NCBI RefSeq assembly: GCF_009914755.1 | Contig: NC_060948.1 | From: the human T2T-CHM13v2.0 reference genome, Homo sapiens | Direction: 5' to 3' (one strand) | Length of the DNA: 64,000 nt | Shown: piece after piece, positions 1 through 15,887 of the stretch | Layout: each line of letters starts with the position of its first letter | Numbering within the stretch: position 1 is the stretch's first letter | Notes under the pieces: model-generated | Told to the model about the DNA's origin: nothing | Database searches by the model: none | What the model saw: only the letters and a program-made list of their open reading frames with translations | Made by a program: the position numbers and the translations under genes

Positions 1-1482
<1,482 letters not shown>

Positions 1483-1522
1483 TAGATAGACAAAATGACA
1501 TTTTAAAAAAAGCCACACTCAC

Positions 1523-1612
1523 TTGAGTAGACCTTCGTGTCTGCCGAGCTTGTCTGGAGCGTGCTGTCCTTAAAACTCTGCTTCCTTATCCTGTACAGGA
1601 GTCAGATAGGAC
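1523..1612 (-). pseudogene. PPP1R12B: Unprocessed pseudo-exon of PPP1R12B (MYPT2), inhibitory-phosphosite exon, with a 1-bp frameshift
   Basis: Minus strand reads ctttttttttctctgcag|GTCCTATCTG...TCTACTCAA|gtgagt. It translates SYLTPVQDKEAE-(frameshift)-LRTARSRQARQTRRSTQ, against recalled MYPT2 SYLTPVRDEEAESLRKARSRQARQTRRSTQ. The frameshift gives an in-frame TAA. Confidence 0.88.
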
Positions 1613-1788
1613 CTGCAGAGAAAAAAAAAGTAATAGCAAAAGGAAGATCTTTGCTGAATATACTTGAGGAATGACAAAGTGTTTCCATGTATTGAAGAGA
1701 TTTCTACATTCTAGGAATGAACTTAAGCAAAGTCAAAGTGACAGATATGCTATCAACCATCAGCAAACATTACAGAATCCAAGTTATT

Positions 1789-2515
1789 ACAGTTGCTCCC
1801 CTTATCTGTGGTTTTGCTTTTTGTGGTTTCAGTAGCCCATGGTGAACTGTGGTCTGAAAATATTAAATGAAAACTTCCATCAATAAACAATTCATACATT
1901 TTCAATTGTGCACTGTTCTGAATAGCGTGGTGAAATTTCATGCTGTTCCATTCTGTCCCTCCGGAGATGCAAATCATGCACTGTTGTGATATCACAGTGT
2001 TTATGTTCAACTAATCCGTATTCTACTTAATAATGGCCCCAAAGTGCAAGAGTAGTGATGCTGGCATTTTGTTATAACTGTCTATTTTATTATTAGTTAT
2101 TAATATTATTGCTAATCTCTTACTGTGCCTAATTATAAATTAAACTTTAGTGTAGGTATGTATTTATAGGACAAATTGTATTTATATAGGGTTCTGTACT
2201 ATCTGTAGGTTCAATCATCCACTGGAAGTCTTGAAAGGTATCGTGCGGTGGCTCACACCTATAATCCCAGCACTTTGGGAGGCCAAGGTAGGAGGATCAC
2301 CTCAGGTCAGGAGTTCGAGACCAACCTGACCAACATGCTGGAACCCTGTCTCTATTAAAAATACAAAAATTAGCCAGGTGTGCTGGTGGGCACCCGTAAT
2401 CCCAGCTACTCAGGAGGCTGAGACAAAAGAATCACTTCAACTTGGAGGCCGAGGTTGCAGTGAGCTGAGATTGCACCACTGCACTCCAGCCTGGGTGACG
2501 AGTGAAACTAGGTCT

Positions 2516-2549
<34 letters not shown>

Positions 2550-2581
2550 AATGTATCTCCCATGGATAACGGGACTATTGT
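1789..2581 (+). mobile_element. MER44 (Tigger7-derived DNA transposon), interrupted by an Alu
   Basis: Starts cagttgctccccttatctgtggttttgc and ends ...ggataacgggactattg, resembling MER44 terminal inverted repeats. Confidence 0.75.
2243..2547 (+). mobile_element. AluS
   Basis: Alu dimer with a ~31-nt poly(A) tail. Confidence 0.95.
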
Positions 2582-2599
2582 GTTTTTAAATGTATTACT

Positions 2600-3800
2600 G
2601 TTCACACAGAATCATGTCATCTGTAAAATGAGAATTTTATTTCTTCTTTCCCATCCTTCCAATTTTTATTTCTTTTCTTGCCTTAATGCTTTGGCTAGGA
2701 ATCTCTAGGACATGCTGAAAAGCAGTGATGATAGTAAGTTTTCATTCTCTGTAATCCTGCCATCAAAGAGAATGCTTTCAGCATTTTTTCATTAAGTGTA
2801 ATGTTTGTTGTAAGATTTATGCAGATACCACTCATCAAATTAAAGCAATTCCCTTCTATTCCTACAGAAAACAGGCTAAGAGGGTTTCTCGTTGTTTTTT
2901 AATCATTAGTGTATGTTGAACTTTATCACATGCTATTCTTCCCCATATATTGAGATGATTGCTTTTCTCCTTTTTTCTGTCAGGAAGGTGAATTACATTG
3001 AATAATTTTTGAATGATAAAGCAACACTGAATTCTTGGGACAAGCTCAACTTGGTCAAGATGTACCATCTTTTTATATAGATTTTTAAACATATTCACTA
3101 TTATTTAGTTTAGAATTTCTACCACATTCATGAAAGAAATTGGCTTATAATTTTCCCTTCTTGTAATATGCTGGTCAGCTTTGTGAATTAAGGTTATGTG
3201 AATTGTGAGTGTTCTCTACATGTCTATTTCTGTAAGAATTTGTGTAAGATTTGGGTTATTTCCTCCTTAAATGATTGGAAGTGTTCACTAATCAAGTCAT
3301 CTGGGTTTACAGTGTTCCTTGTGGGAAGGTTTTGTTTTTTATTTTTGAGACAGAGTCTTACTTCGTTGCCCATGCTGGAGTACAGTGGCGTGATCATAGC
3401 TGACTGTAGCCTTGATTTCCTGGACTCAGGCAATTTTCCCTCCTCAGCCTTTGCAAGTAGCTGGGACTACAGGTGCACGCCACCACACCTGGCTAACTTT
3501 TTTTTATTTTTAGTAGAGATGAGGTCTCGCTATGTTGCCTAGGCTGATCTTGAACTCCTGAGCTCAAGCGATCCTCCCACCTTGACTTCCCAGAGTGCTG
3601 GTTTATAGGTGTGAGCCACTGTGTCCAGCCCTTATGGGAAAGTTTTAAATAAAGGGTTCAATGTCTTTAATAGAGTTAGGCTTATTCAAATTTTCTGTTT
3701 TGGTAATTGTTTTTTAAGAAATTTTCCATTTTGTCTGTATTATCACATTTAGTGGCATAAAGTTGTTAATAATACCCTTAGAATACATTTGTTATTTTAA
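2600..3800 (-). mobile_element. Old L1M ORF2 fragment, interrupted by an Alu
   Basis: Minus ORF 2862..3098 resembles a degenerate L1 RT (HLDQVELVPRIQCCF..., DKVQH). Confidence 0.75.
3331..3630 (-). mobile_element. AluJ
   Basis: Reverse Alu with an imperfect TSD, cttgtgggaaggtttt / cttatgggaaagtttt. Confidence 0.92.
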
Positions 3801-3973
3801 TATCTAGAGCAGTGGCTTTCAAATTGTTTTGGTCTCAAGATCCTTTAATATTTTTTAAAATTATTGAGAACCCCAGAAAGCTTTTGTTTATATGGGGATT
3901 AATATTTATCTTACTAGAAATTAAAATTTAAAAATTAAAAAATGTATTTATTAATTTATTTAAAAATAATAGC

Positions 3974-4312
<339 letters not shown>

Positions 4313-6431
4313 TCAGCAGGATGGCCAAATTGAGTTACCTAAAGCCCATCCTCTCCACAAAAAGGGACCAAAACAATGAATAAACAACGATATTTCAATT
4401 AAAATGACCAAAGAAGTACTCGGGAGAGCACCAGGGGAACAGCAAAATCCCTGTGGAAGACAAAAGCCCAGGGCAGCACCATAGAGAGGGGAGCAAGGTA
4501 TTCTGCTTCTGCCACACTGTCTCCCCTACCAGGATCAGCCTGGAGCCAGAGGGGGCTTCTTAAGGGAAAAACGTAAGCTGGAGATCACCAGTGATCCCCA
4601 TTGCTACCATAAATGCCAGAAATTCTTGCTATAGGAGAGTCCCTCTGTCCTCAAAGGCCCTGAATCCAGTTTGGAGAGTAGAGTTCATACAGTTAACTTT
4701 GCCTAGAGTAGGAGCTCACCTTGAGCACCCCCTGCCCCCCACCCTCACATCCTAAGCTGCTGCTACTCAGTATCATCTTGAAACTGGACCTACTACTAGA
4801 ATGTGCCCTTCCCTGTAGTCCGGTACAAGAATGGACTTTCTCCATTCATGTAGCCCTGCCATCACTCTACCATGTTCACACAGGCGCCTGTAGCACTACA
4901 ATCCTAGCTGCCTGAAGCCTAGTCAGATGCAACAACTGAGACCTCTGCACTTGAACCCATGTGGTACAATACCCTCCCAACCCCAGGAACAGCCAAACCT
5001 GCACATGGGGGAAACTGCCTAACTGCTGGCCAGTCCCCTCACCGGTACATACCTGCACTGCACAGCTAGCTTGCCAGCTGAACCTATGCACACCCACATC
5101 CAGCCCAACAACCAGTTCTACCGTGGTTCCACCCCTCAGACCGCTGCAGAACCACCCAGCCCTGCTGTGGCCACACACCACTGTGCCTGACAGCCAGTTT
5201 AGCAGCAGCCCTGCCCCAAAGACAGATCACTGCAGGGTTGTGTGGCCCTGCTGTACCCATGCTTGGCCTGATAGTTGGTCAAGCAGCAGCGCTGTACCCC
5301 TGGATTTCTCAGGAGAAACCTTGTAGGCCAGGAGAGAATGAGATAATACATTCAAAGTGTTTGGGGGAAAAAAACAAACCTGTCAGCCAAGACTACTATA
5401 TCCAGCAGAGCTATCATCCACCAATGAAGGAAAAATAAAGACCTTCGCAGACAAGCAAAAGCTGAGAAAAAACCATCACCACTAGACTAGCCTTACAAGA
5501 AATACTTAAGAGAATGGTATAACTGGAAATAAAAGATTATAATTATTTTCATGAAAAGATGTAAAAGTATAAAACTCACCAATAGAGGTAAGTTCATAAA
5601 TCAAATTCAGACTAGCCCAGTGATTTAATGGTGCTATGTAAGTCTCTCAGTCCTCTAGTATGAAGGTTTAAAGTCAAAATGGTCAAAACTCCTGACAGTT
5701 ACAATTAGTAGCTAAGGAACACAATCACAGGTAAAAAAGTAATTACAGAAACAAAAAAGAGAAGTCTAGAGCATTTTAATGCAACCAAAGTTAAGTTGCT
5801 ATCAGCTTAAAACATTCTACTATAAGACGTTTAATGTTAGCCCCATGGTAGCCACAAAGAAAGAAAGAAATTACTGCAGAGGCACAAACAAGAAAGAGAA
5901 AGGAAACAAAGCTCAGTACTACAGAAAACCACCAAACCACAGAAGTAAATAAAAGAGGAAGAAAGGAACGAAGGATCTATAAAACCACCAGAAAAAAAAT
6001 TAACAAAATGGGAGGAGTAAGATCTTCTTTATCAATAATAAGCTTAAATATAAATGGATTAAATTATCCAATTAAAAGATACAGAGTGGCTGAATGGATT
6101 AAAAACAAGACCCAACCATATACTGCCTAAAACAGACTCACCTAACCATTAAAGACAAACATAGACTAAAAGTAAAGGGAGGGAAAAAGATATTCCATGC
6201 AAATGGAAACCAAGTGAGCAGGAGTAACCATGTCAGATAAAACAGACTTTAAGTCAAAAACTGTAAAAGAGGACAAAGAAAGTCATTAGACATTGATAAA
6301 GGGTACAATTAAGCAAGAGGATATAAAAACTATAAATACATACATCCATCCAAGACCAGAGCACACAGATATATAAAGCAAATATTATTAGAGGTAAAGG
6401 GAGAGATAGACTGTAATACTATAACAGTAGG

Positions 6432-6690
6432 TGTCAAATGTAGTGAACTACAAGTTTCTCTTCAAGGAATCAGTATGCCAGTATATTGAGCTCTCTTATT
6501 CTCTATTCTCCATTTTAAAGCTTAACTTCCTGGTTCTCTTCGCCCTCTTGCCTCTAGCTTCAGTACACAACCCCCTCCTAGCCTCTATCACCTGCTCTGT
6601 CCTGAGTCACCCCTGGTCGCCTGCTCTGACCTGAGTCATCCTGAGTCACCTGTTCTGTAACCGTCGTTCCTGCCAAACTACTCACTGGGA
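6432..6690 (+). mobile_element. LTR10-family (HERV-I) LTR, 5' part
   Basis: Starts tgtcaaatgtagtgaactacaagtttctcttcaaggaatcagtatg and contains three TGAGTCA motifs. Confidence 0.65.
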
Positions 6691-6827
6691 TTTTGGGTGC
6701 AGACTTCCTCTGTTCCCTCTGTCAGTCTTTCTCTCTTTTTTCATATACTTTTTGGGTTTCTCTTAGAAGCTCTTCCATAGGTTTGTCTTTCCAGTTCTCT
6801 ATCTTTTGTAATTTCTTGTTAATATCT

Positions 6828-6899
6828 TAGCCAAGATTGCACCTACTGCATTCTGGCCTGGGCAACAGAGCAAGACTCCATGTCAAAAAAAAAAAAAAA
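6828..6899 (+). mobile_element. Alu 3' terminal fragment
   Basis: gccaagattgcacc...ctgggcaacagagcaagactccatgtc followed by poly(A). Confidence 0.85.
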
Positions 6900-8923
6900 G
6901 GTGTTCTTCATAAAAATAAAACAAAATCCTAAAATTCATATGAAACCAGAAAAAAAAAAAGAACAGCCAAAGCAATTCTGAGTGGAAAGCTGGAAGCATC
7001 ACACTACATAACTTAAAAATATACTACAAACGTATAATAACAAAAACAGAATAGTACTGGCATAAAAACAGACACATAGACCAATGGAACAGAATAGAAA
7101 GCCCAGAAATAAATTGACATACCTAAAGCCAACTGATTTTTGACAAAGGTGCCACGAACACACATTAGGGGAGAAACTGTTTCTTCAATAAATGCTGCTG
7201 GGAAAGTGGGACATCAACATGCAGAAGAATGAGAGTAAATCCCTACCTCTCACCACATACAAGAATCAATTCAAAGTAGATTAGAGACTTAACATGGAAA
7301 CCCAAAACTGTGGAACTACCTAGAATATAACATAGGAGAAATGCTTCATGACATTGGGCTAAGCTAGGATATTTTAAATAAGACTTCAAAAGCATAGAAA
7401 ACAAAAGCAAAAATGGACAAATGAGATTGCAACAAACTAAAATGCTTTTCCATAGCAAAGGAAACTATTAAACAGAGTAAACAGACAACCTAAAGGATGG
7501 GAAAGAAAACTTGCAAACTATACATCTGACAAGGAGTTAATATCCAGAATATATACGGGACTTAGCAGCAAACAAAACAAAAAAACAAAAACCTGATTTT
7601 AAAAATGGGCAAAATACCTTAACAGACATTTACTTCTCAAAAGAAGTCATACAAATGGCTAATGAATATATGAAAAAATGGTCAACATCACAAACCATCA
7701 GGGAAATGAAAATCAAAACCACAATAGGTACCATTTCACACGACTTAGAATGACCATTATCAAAAAGACAAAAGAAAACCAGTCTTGGCAGGGATGTGAA
7801 GAAAAGGGGAACACTTACATAAGTTGGTGGGACTGTAAGCTAGTACAGCCATTGTGGAAAACAGTATGGAGGTTCCTTTAAAACTTAAAAATAGAACTAC
7901 CATATGATTCAGCAATCCCACTACTGTGTACACATCTACAGGAAAGGAAATTAGTATATTGAAGAGTTATCTGCATTACCTGTTTATGGCAGCACTATTT
8001 ACATTAACAAAAATATGAAACTGAGTCCTCAAAAATGGAAGAATGGGTAAAGAAAATGTTTATATCCAGAATGGAACAGTATCCATCCATTAAAAAGAAG
8101 AACAAAATCTTGTCATTTGCAACAACACAGATGAACCTGGAGAATATCAGGTTAAGTGAAATAAGCCAGACACAGAAAAAAAAATACTGCATGATCTCAC
8201 TAATATGTGCAATCTAAAAAAAGGTGGGGGCAGTTGATATCATAAAATCAGAGAGTAGAACAGTGGTTACAAGAGACTGGGGAGGGAAGAGGTGAGAGAA
8301 GGATGGGGAGAGGTTGGTTTATGGTTCAAAGTTATAATTAGACAGAGGGAATAAATTCTGATGTTCTATTGCAGAGTAAGGTGACTATGGTTAAAAGCAA
8401 AATATTGTATATTACAAAATAGGTAAAACAGTTGCTTTTGAATGTTCTTACCACAAGGAAATGATAAATGCATGGATGATGAATATACTAACTACTCTGA
8501 TTAGATCATTATACAACATAGATATGCATCGAAACATCAAACTGTACCTCCATAAATATGTAGTTATGTGTCAAATAAATTTTAAAATAAAAAAGAAAAT
8601 AATAGCCCTAATACATTTTAACATCAATATTATTTTTTATTAAAAAAACTATATCTTCCAAAACAAAAAATTAGAAGAGTGGCATTGTTTTACATTTTCA
8701 TAAATTTCTTTAATGTTGGTTTAATAGAAGACAGTGGGATCCTCTTATCTCTTTATGCAGTCAATATATTGTTTTGGTTAAAATATATAAAGACTAGTCT
8801 TTCACAAATACATAGTTGGAAAAGCGAGGAGTATTGTGATAGCTTTCTCAGATAATTGGGAGATATTTTTCTTTGATGCTACACCAACACAAGTGGTGGT
8901 TAATTACAATGTATACTCTAAAA

Positions 8924-9271
8924 CAGGGGTCCCCAACTCCCGGGCTGCAGAACAGGACTGATCTGTGGCCTGTTAGGAACCACGCTGTACAGCAGGAGGT
9001 GAGCGAGTGAGCATTGATGCCTGAGCTCTGCCCTCTGTCAGATCAGCCACGGCATTAGATTCTCATAGGGACGTGAACCCTATTGTGAGCTGCCCATGCC
9101 AGGAATCTAGGTTGTGCATGCCTTATGAGAATCTAACTAATGCCTGATGATCTGCAGAACAGTTTTACCCAAAACCATCACCGTCCCCCACACCCCATGC
9201 CTCCACCAGTCTGTGGAAAAATTGTCTTCCACAAAACCAGTCCCTGGTGCCAAAAAGGTTGGAGAACACTG
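8924..9271 (+). mobile_element. MER1 (MER1B-like hAT element)
   Basis: caggggtccccaac...ggttggagaacactg with a perfect 8-bp TSD ctctaaaa (8916-8923, 9272-9279). Confidence 0.88.
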
Positions 9272-10280
9272 CTCTAAAATATATTAATAGATTTTTCATA
9301 TTCTGTTACATTGAAATCCTTTGGTCTATCTTATACTTTCAAAGAATCTTCTTATTCATGCATGATTTTGTAACATATCTTTATAAGTCATTTGTAAAAT
9401 ATTGGTGCATTTGTAAAATATTGCTACATTAAGCAGATCTTCCCAATATTGACATACTACATTATATAATAATAGTAAAAATAAATTATTTAATATCACC
9501 TTTGATCTTAGAACAGTCTTTAAGTATTGGGAAGCTGTCAGTAATATTACTCATGGTGGCATATAAGTTTTCTAAAATTCTAATTTCTGCTTGAAAGTTT
9601 AAATTTTTAATTGGCAACAAATACTCAACGGCTTGACTCTATTTTCAAGAAAATGTCTGCCAAATTACTCAGGTGTGAATAACCATTGTTTGACCATCAG
9701 TAATGCTTTGAAGTAAAAAACGGTGTTCTGTGAAAAATCAAGCTAGTTTCTGCCCTCTCTTGGGACTCCAATCATTTATGTTAGACCTTACTGGCCATGT
9801 TCTACTGATTTATCATGCTTTTTCTGCATTTTGCATCCTTTTATCTCTCTGTGCTTCATTCTGGATATTTTCCACTGTCCAACCTTTCAGTTCACTATCA
9901 TTTCTTTATCTGGTCTACTACTGCAAACTCACCAACTGAGTTTCTTGATTTCAGTGATTTTTTGTTTCTAGAATTTCCACTTGATTGTTTTTAACAGATT
10001 GCAGTTCTCTGGTGAAAATCTCTACTTCTTATCTACTTCCTGGAACATATTAATCACAATGATTTTAAAGTCCATGTCTGATAATATCAGTATCTGGACC
10101 TGTTCCTATTGTCTATTTTTTCTTTTGGTCTTTTGGTAACTCTTATTTCTTGGTATGTATGCTAATTTTTAAATTAACATCAGGCGTATTTAATAAAAAA
10201 ACGTAGTGAGTGATAACTCATGACTGTTGTTGCTACCCTTCAGAGAGAATATTTTTTCCCCCTGGCAGTTAGGCTAAGGA

Positions 10281-10460
10281 AGTGGTTCTTAAACTTTCAC
10301 TTGTATCAGAACCACTTTGAGGGCTTATGCAATACAAATTTCTGAGTACCACACCAACAGAGGTCCTGATTCAGCAGGTCTGGTGTAGGGGTCTGAGAAT
10401 CTGCATTTCTAATAAGTTCAGATGACACTGCTGGTCTGGGGACCACACTTTAAGAAACAA
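10281..10460. mobile_element. MER5A
   Basis: agtggttcttaaact...ctgattcagcaggtctgg...ggaccacactttaagaa. Confidence 0.8.
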
Positions 10461-11867
10461 GAGACTAAGGAAAAGTACCTTAATCCACTTTGATACTGAG
10501 CTGGTTGGAAGCTAGGCTTCAGTCTTTTCAAGGGCTGGTCTATTTCTGGTAAGTCCTTAGAATGTAGCCCTTCAGTGGTTCTAAATCAAAGTCTGGGGTA
10601 TCTGCTAGGCTCTCTTTCTGAACTCCAATCATTCCCTGAGTCCCATGAGACTACCAAAATCTTGTTCAGTTTCTCAGGCTCATAGCCACTGCTTTACTAA
10701 TCAGCAAATACCTCAAGGGGAAAAGTAGAGCCAAATGTTGGGTTTACCCTTTTAAGGTTTCCTTCTCTCCAGGATCTTGATCCCTCAAGTTCTCACTTGC
10801 TTCGTAACTCTCAAGTACCTTCAAAAACTTTTTTCTTATATTTATCCAGCTTTTTCTAGTTATTCTCAGTGGGAGATTTTACATAAACAAAATATGCCAC
10901 AGACTGAAGCAGAAGTACCCAACCAGGCAATGTTTTTAATACTCATATTTTTTCCCTCAAGGTAAATTAGTAAATTGGAATTCCAATACATGTGTCAATA
11001 TACTGTAGTTTGGTAGGTTTGCATATTTCCTTAATATATTCCTCTCCTCTGAGTGAACTAAAAAAATTAAGTCCCAAAACTAAAGCTGTAGTCCAGATAC
11101 TGGAATTGGTGAGAACTAACTTCCCATGAAGTTCTGTCTAGATTACCAGCAAACCTACTCATATGTTATTTCTACCTGCAAAACATACAGTATCACTATT
11201 TTACTGAATTCTTGATCTTTATCTCTTCTTTGCATACAGTACAGAAGGCACAGTGAAAGAAAAAGGGCTCAAGCTCCCTTATCCTACTGTCTACTCTAGA
11301 GAGTTTTTTTGAATGAGAGAAACAGAGCTCATAAAAACCTGGTAGGTAAGATCAGGAATATTTTACTTGACTTGGAATCTTAAATATTTGAAATCACACA
11401 TGTGAAATCACATTACTTTTTTGCCAGGGGGAAAAAACAGGCAAAAATATGAAAATAAAAATCAACTAAAATTCTACCACATGGAGATAATCTCATTTTT
11501 ATTTTACTGCATATAAGTCCAGATTGTATGTAAATATATAGTATACAAACTATATATAGTTTTTTATAAACCATAAAACTATAAAAACTATATACTATGA
11601 ATATCACACATATTACTCTGTAGCCTGTGTCAATATATGAGAGTTTTATTATTTAAGAAAAAATATATAAAAACAAAACCCATAAATTCCAGTACTTGAA
11701 CTGTAAATGTTTTTGAAGGAACATTTTCATTTATTTTTCTTTATCTCAGATGGGCATTCGAAAGATCAGAGAAGTAACGTGCCTAACTTATAGCTGCGTT
11801 GAGGACATACTATACTACGTTTTCATTAGAGACTAAGTCCTTCTGTAACACTTTCTAAAATCTAGAC

Positions 11868-12041
11868 CAGCTGGTCAGCAAACTATGACCTTGGGCCAAA
11901 TCTGGCCTGCAACATTTTTGTAAATAAAGTTTTATTGGAATCACAGAGAAGAGTTTAGTAACTGCAACAGAGACAACATGGCCTGCAAAGGCCAAAATAA
12001 TCACTATCTGACCCTTTATAGAAAAATATTGCTGACCCCTA
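11868..12041. mobile_element. MER58A
   Basis: ggtcagcaaactatg...gggccaaatctggcc...gtaaataaagttttattggaa...tgctgacccct. Confidence 0.8.
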
Positions 12042-12505
12042 TGTAGAGCAAGCCCTCACTCCAAACTCCTTGATTTTTCTGAGAAGCATTGCAGCCATCC
12101 ATGAATCTGAATGCTACAGGATTCTTCATTGCTATTCAAAGAAGACAGATATAGTCTCACAAAACAGAAATAAAAATAATGGAAGCCATGGCTTCTCATC
12201 TATCCCCTTGCCTCCTGCATCTGGAAAAAACTAGGCTAACACTCACAGTTTAGTAGCATGGGAAGGAATTCAGATGCCAAAGTCCTCTTATTACCATCTC
12301 TATCTATTATGTTTCCTAGAGGGCAGGAAGAATTTTTCTTTGTATTTGTTATGATATTGAGATTACACAATCAGTGGCATTCAAATAATTGATTACAGAG
12401 AATTAAGCATGACTTCACAGATATACTTTGTACTTTGTCTCTAAAGTTTATACTGCCCCTTCGCACACTATAAATGGACAAATTCTGCCTCAAGAAGTTG
12501 TTTTG

Positions 12506-12634
12506 GGAGAATTGCTTGAGCCCAGGAAGTCAAGGCTGCAGTGAGCCATCACTGCACCACTGCACTGTAGCCCAGGGTGACAGAGTGAGAGACTGTTTCA
12601 AAAAAAAAAAAAGAAAAGAAAAGAAAAAGAAAAA
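12506..12634 (+). mobile_element. Alu right-arm fragment
   Basis: ggagaattgcttgagcccagg...cactgcact...A-rich tail. Confidence 0.85.
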
Positions 12635-12729
12635 GGAAGTTGTGCAAAACATCCAGCAAATCACCAGTGAATATTTTAAAAGTCACAATAAATGATGATA
12701 AAAGACCTAAACTATACCTTTTATACAGG

Positions 12730-12965
12730 TATAGTGTAGTGATAAAGTACCCTGGCATAAAAATCATACTGCCTGGTTTTGTACCATGGCTTCTCAACTT
12801 ACTTGGTAGGTGATTGTGGATAAATTATTTAAGCACTCTATACCCAAGTTTCTTATACAATGAAGATATGAGCAGTTGTAATAGATATATACAGATATAT
12901 TAATAGAGTTGTGAAGATAAAATGCAAACCCATGTAAGGCACTTAGAATAAAACCTGGCACACGT
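12730..12965. mobile_element. MIR
   Basis: MIR core-like text (acttacttggtaggtg...taaattatttaa...gttgtgaagataaaatg...cacttagaa..cctggcaca). Confidence 0.65.
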
Positions 12966-13437
12966 TTGCTGCTACTACCATGACCAGAACTACTATCATC
13001 ATGACCAATACTCTTACTACTACATTATTTTCATTGTCATATTAAAAGCTCATCAGTAATAATTTGGAAAATAAAGAAAGGATAGGTGTGCTACAATATT
13101 CATCACATCTAAATCAAAGAGTTCCCCTTAATTATTTTTACCAGGTATGGCTAACTCATTTGGAAGAGGACTTAATTCCCTTGAAATATTCTCCATGAAG
13201 CTTCATAGGGTTACCTAAGTAAAATAAAACTACTCCAAGTAGATGAATGAAAAAAGAAATAATCATAATTTCCAAGGAGAGAACAACGCTGCTTTCTCTA
13301 GAATGATAACAAAATAAATTTTGTCTGGAATCCAATGGGAAATTGGGTTTTGAAGTAGCTTTAGAGTCCTATACCTCAAATCTGTTGAGGAGAGAATGGT
13401 ATTTAAACATGTTCACTCCAAACAGGAAAGGAACTAA

Positions 13438-13812
<375 letters not shown>

Positions 13813-13964
13813 TAGCTTATAATATATAAAAATATAATTAAAGACATACTATATAAATATTTTATAGTATATGTCTAATACTGACCACTGAGGATGCTGT
13901 GGTCATTAATTACAGAATATCTAATGGTCTTATAAGATAGTTTATTATTGATTGAACTATGCCC

Positions 13965-14268
13965 TTTTTTTTTTTTTTTTTGAGACAGAGTCTCACTCTG
14001 TTGCCCAAGCTGGAGTGCAGTGGCACAATCTCAGGCTCAATGCAACCTCTGCCTCCTGGGTTCAAGCAATCCTCCCACCTCAGCCTCCCTAGTAGCTGGG
14101 ACTACAGGCGCATGCCACCACACTCAGCTAGTTTTTGCATTTTTTAATAGAGAAGACGGAGTTTCACCATGTTGGCGAGACTGGTCTCGAACTCCTGACC
14201 TCAGGTGATCTGCCCGGCTCAGCCTCTCAAAGTGCTAGGATTACAGGCATGAGCCACGATGCCTGGCC
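13965..14268 (-). mobile_element. AluS
   Basis: Reverse Alu dimer. Confidence 0.95.
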
Positions 14269-15009
14269 AATGTCCTGTATATTAACATAAGATTACATCC
14301 ACAAAAGTTCTTCAGACATCCTAAAAACACCTTCTTTAATATCAACCTGGAAGTAAATATGGATAGCTACTGGGGGCGGGGGTAGGGGGACAGACTTAGG
14401 GGGATCATGGGAATCACAGACCTATGCCTACAGACTTTATGAATTCAAGATGTCATTTGATCTAATTCTAAGACTTCAGGTAGACACAAAAAATGTATTC
14501 TTATTTTACGGATGAGTCAATAAAAGCCTAAGGAGATGCTAAAACACCCAAGGTAACAATGTTATATACCTAAAGGGATTTTAACCATGTTCTCCTGCTT
14601 CCGGTATAGTTTTTCTTATATTGCACCACAATGAACACTGTTTCCTCCACTCAGTACCATGGTATTCTAGCTATGTAGATTTATGTAGCAAGACATTTCT
14701 TCTGGCAAATCCTGCAATATCGGGAACTAATGGATAACAATGTCTTGCATTAAACTTCTCCTAGCATCCCGACATTTCCCAAAAATCTGTCATAATCAAC
14801 ACTCCATTCTTGGGAAAGTATGATTTTTACATTTCTAGAAATTTCCATCAACATGGTATAAGACTGCCATGAACAAACTATAAACATTAAAAATATCAGG
14901 GATAAATTCTTCTTTGGAGGATGCAGTTGACTCTACAGTTGCTAGGACACTATGAGGTAAATTTTAGTTTAAATTTTCCTTGCTGTTCCTAATTGGGAAG
15001 GGGAGGCTA

Positions 15010-15170
15010 ATACTATGGTACAATAGAAAGAACAGGCACCTGGATTCTAGTTTTAGCTCTGCCATTAATTACTTGTTTGATCTTAAGTGAATCAATCTCT
15101 TGGAACTCTAGTTTCTTCATCTGTAAAACAAAGGGGTAAATCTAAAATTTTAAAGATCCCATTTAGCTTT
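15010..15170. mobile_element. MIR
   Basis: cctggattctagttttagctctgcc...tagtttcttcatctgtaaaa. Confidence 0.65.
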
Positions 15171-15299
15171 AAACCATGATGAATCCATATTTATACTGAT
15201 TCTGAACAAACGGCCTCTAAGTCTGCTCACCAAATGTCTATTCTCAGTCTGGCCAAATACTACATTTCTTTTATTTCATGGGTTACTTTCTTTAATACT

Positions 15300-15485
15300 G
15301 ACCAACAGAACTTTGTGTAATAATGGAAATGTTGTATACCTGCACAGCCCAATATGGTTGCCACTAGTCACATGTGGTCACTGAGCAGTTAAAAGAGGAA
15401 CTAAATTTTAAATTTAATTTTAATTATTTAAATTTGAGTAGCCACACATGGCTACTGATTACCATACTGCACACCACAGCTCTAG
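15300..15485. mobile_element. MER3-like hAT element
   Basis: aatatggttgccactagtcacatgtggtcactgagc...tagccacacatggctac. Confidence 0.7.
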
Positions 15486-15601
15486 AAGTCCTGAGAATTC
15501 AATTAAAAGACAATATTATCAAGCCCTCTCCTCAAACCTGAAAACCAGATCCAACTCATAAAACTTAAACTTAACAAAATTTCATCAAAAATGCAATTTG
15601 T

Positions 15602-15887
15602 GGCTGGGCACGGTGGCTCATGCCTGTAATTCCAGCATTTCAGGAGGCCGAGGCGGGCAGATTACCTGAGGCCAGGAGTTTGAGATCATTCTGGCCAACA
15701 CAGTGAAAGCATGTCTCTACTAAAAACAGAAGAAATTGCATAGTGGCCTACACCTGTAATCCTAGCTACCGGGGAGGCTGAGGCATGAGATTCACTTGAA
15801 CCTGGGAAGCAGAGGTTGCAGTGAGATCGCACCACTGCACTCCGGCCTGGGCGACAAGAGTGGGACTCTGTCTCAAAAAAAAAAAAA
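15602..15887 (+). mobile_element. AluS
   Basis: Alu dimer with TSD aaaaatgcaatttgt on both sides. Confidence 0.95.
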
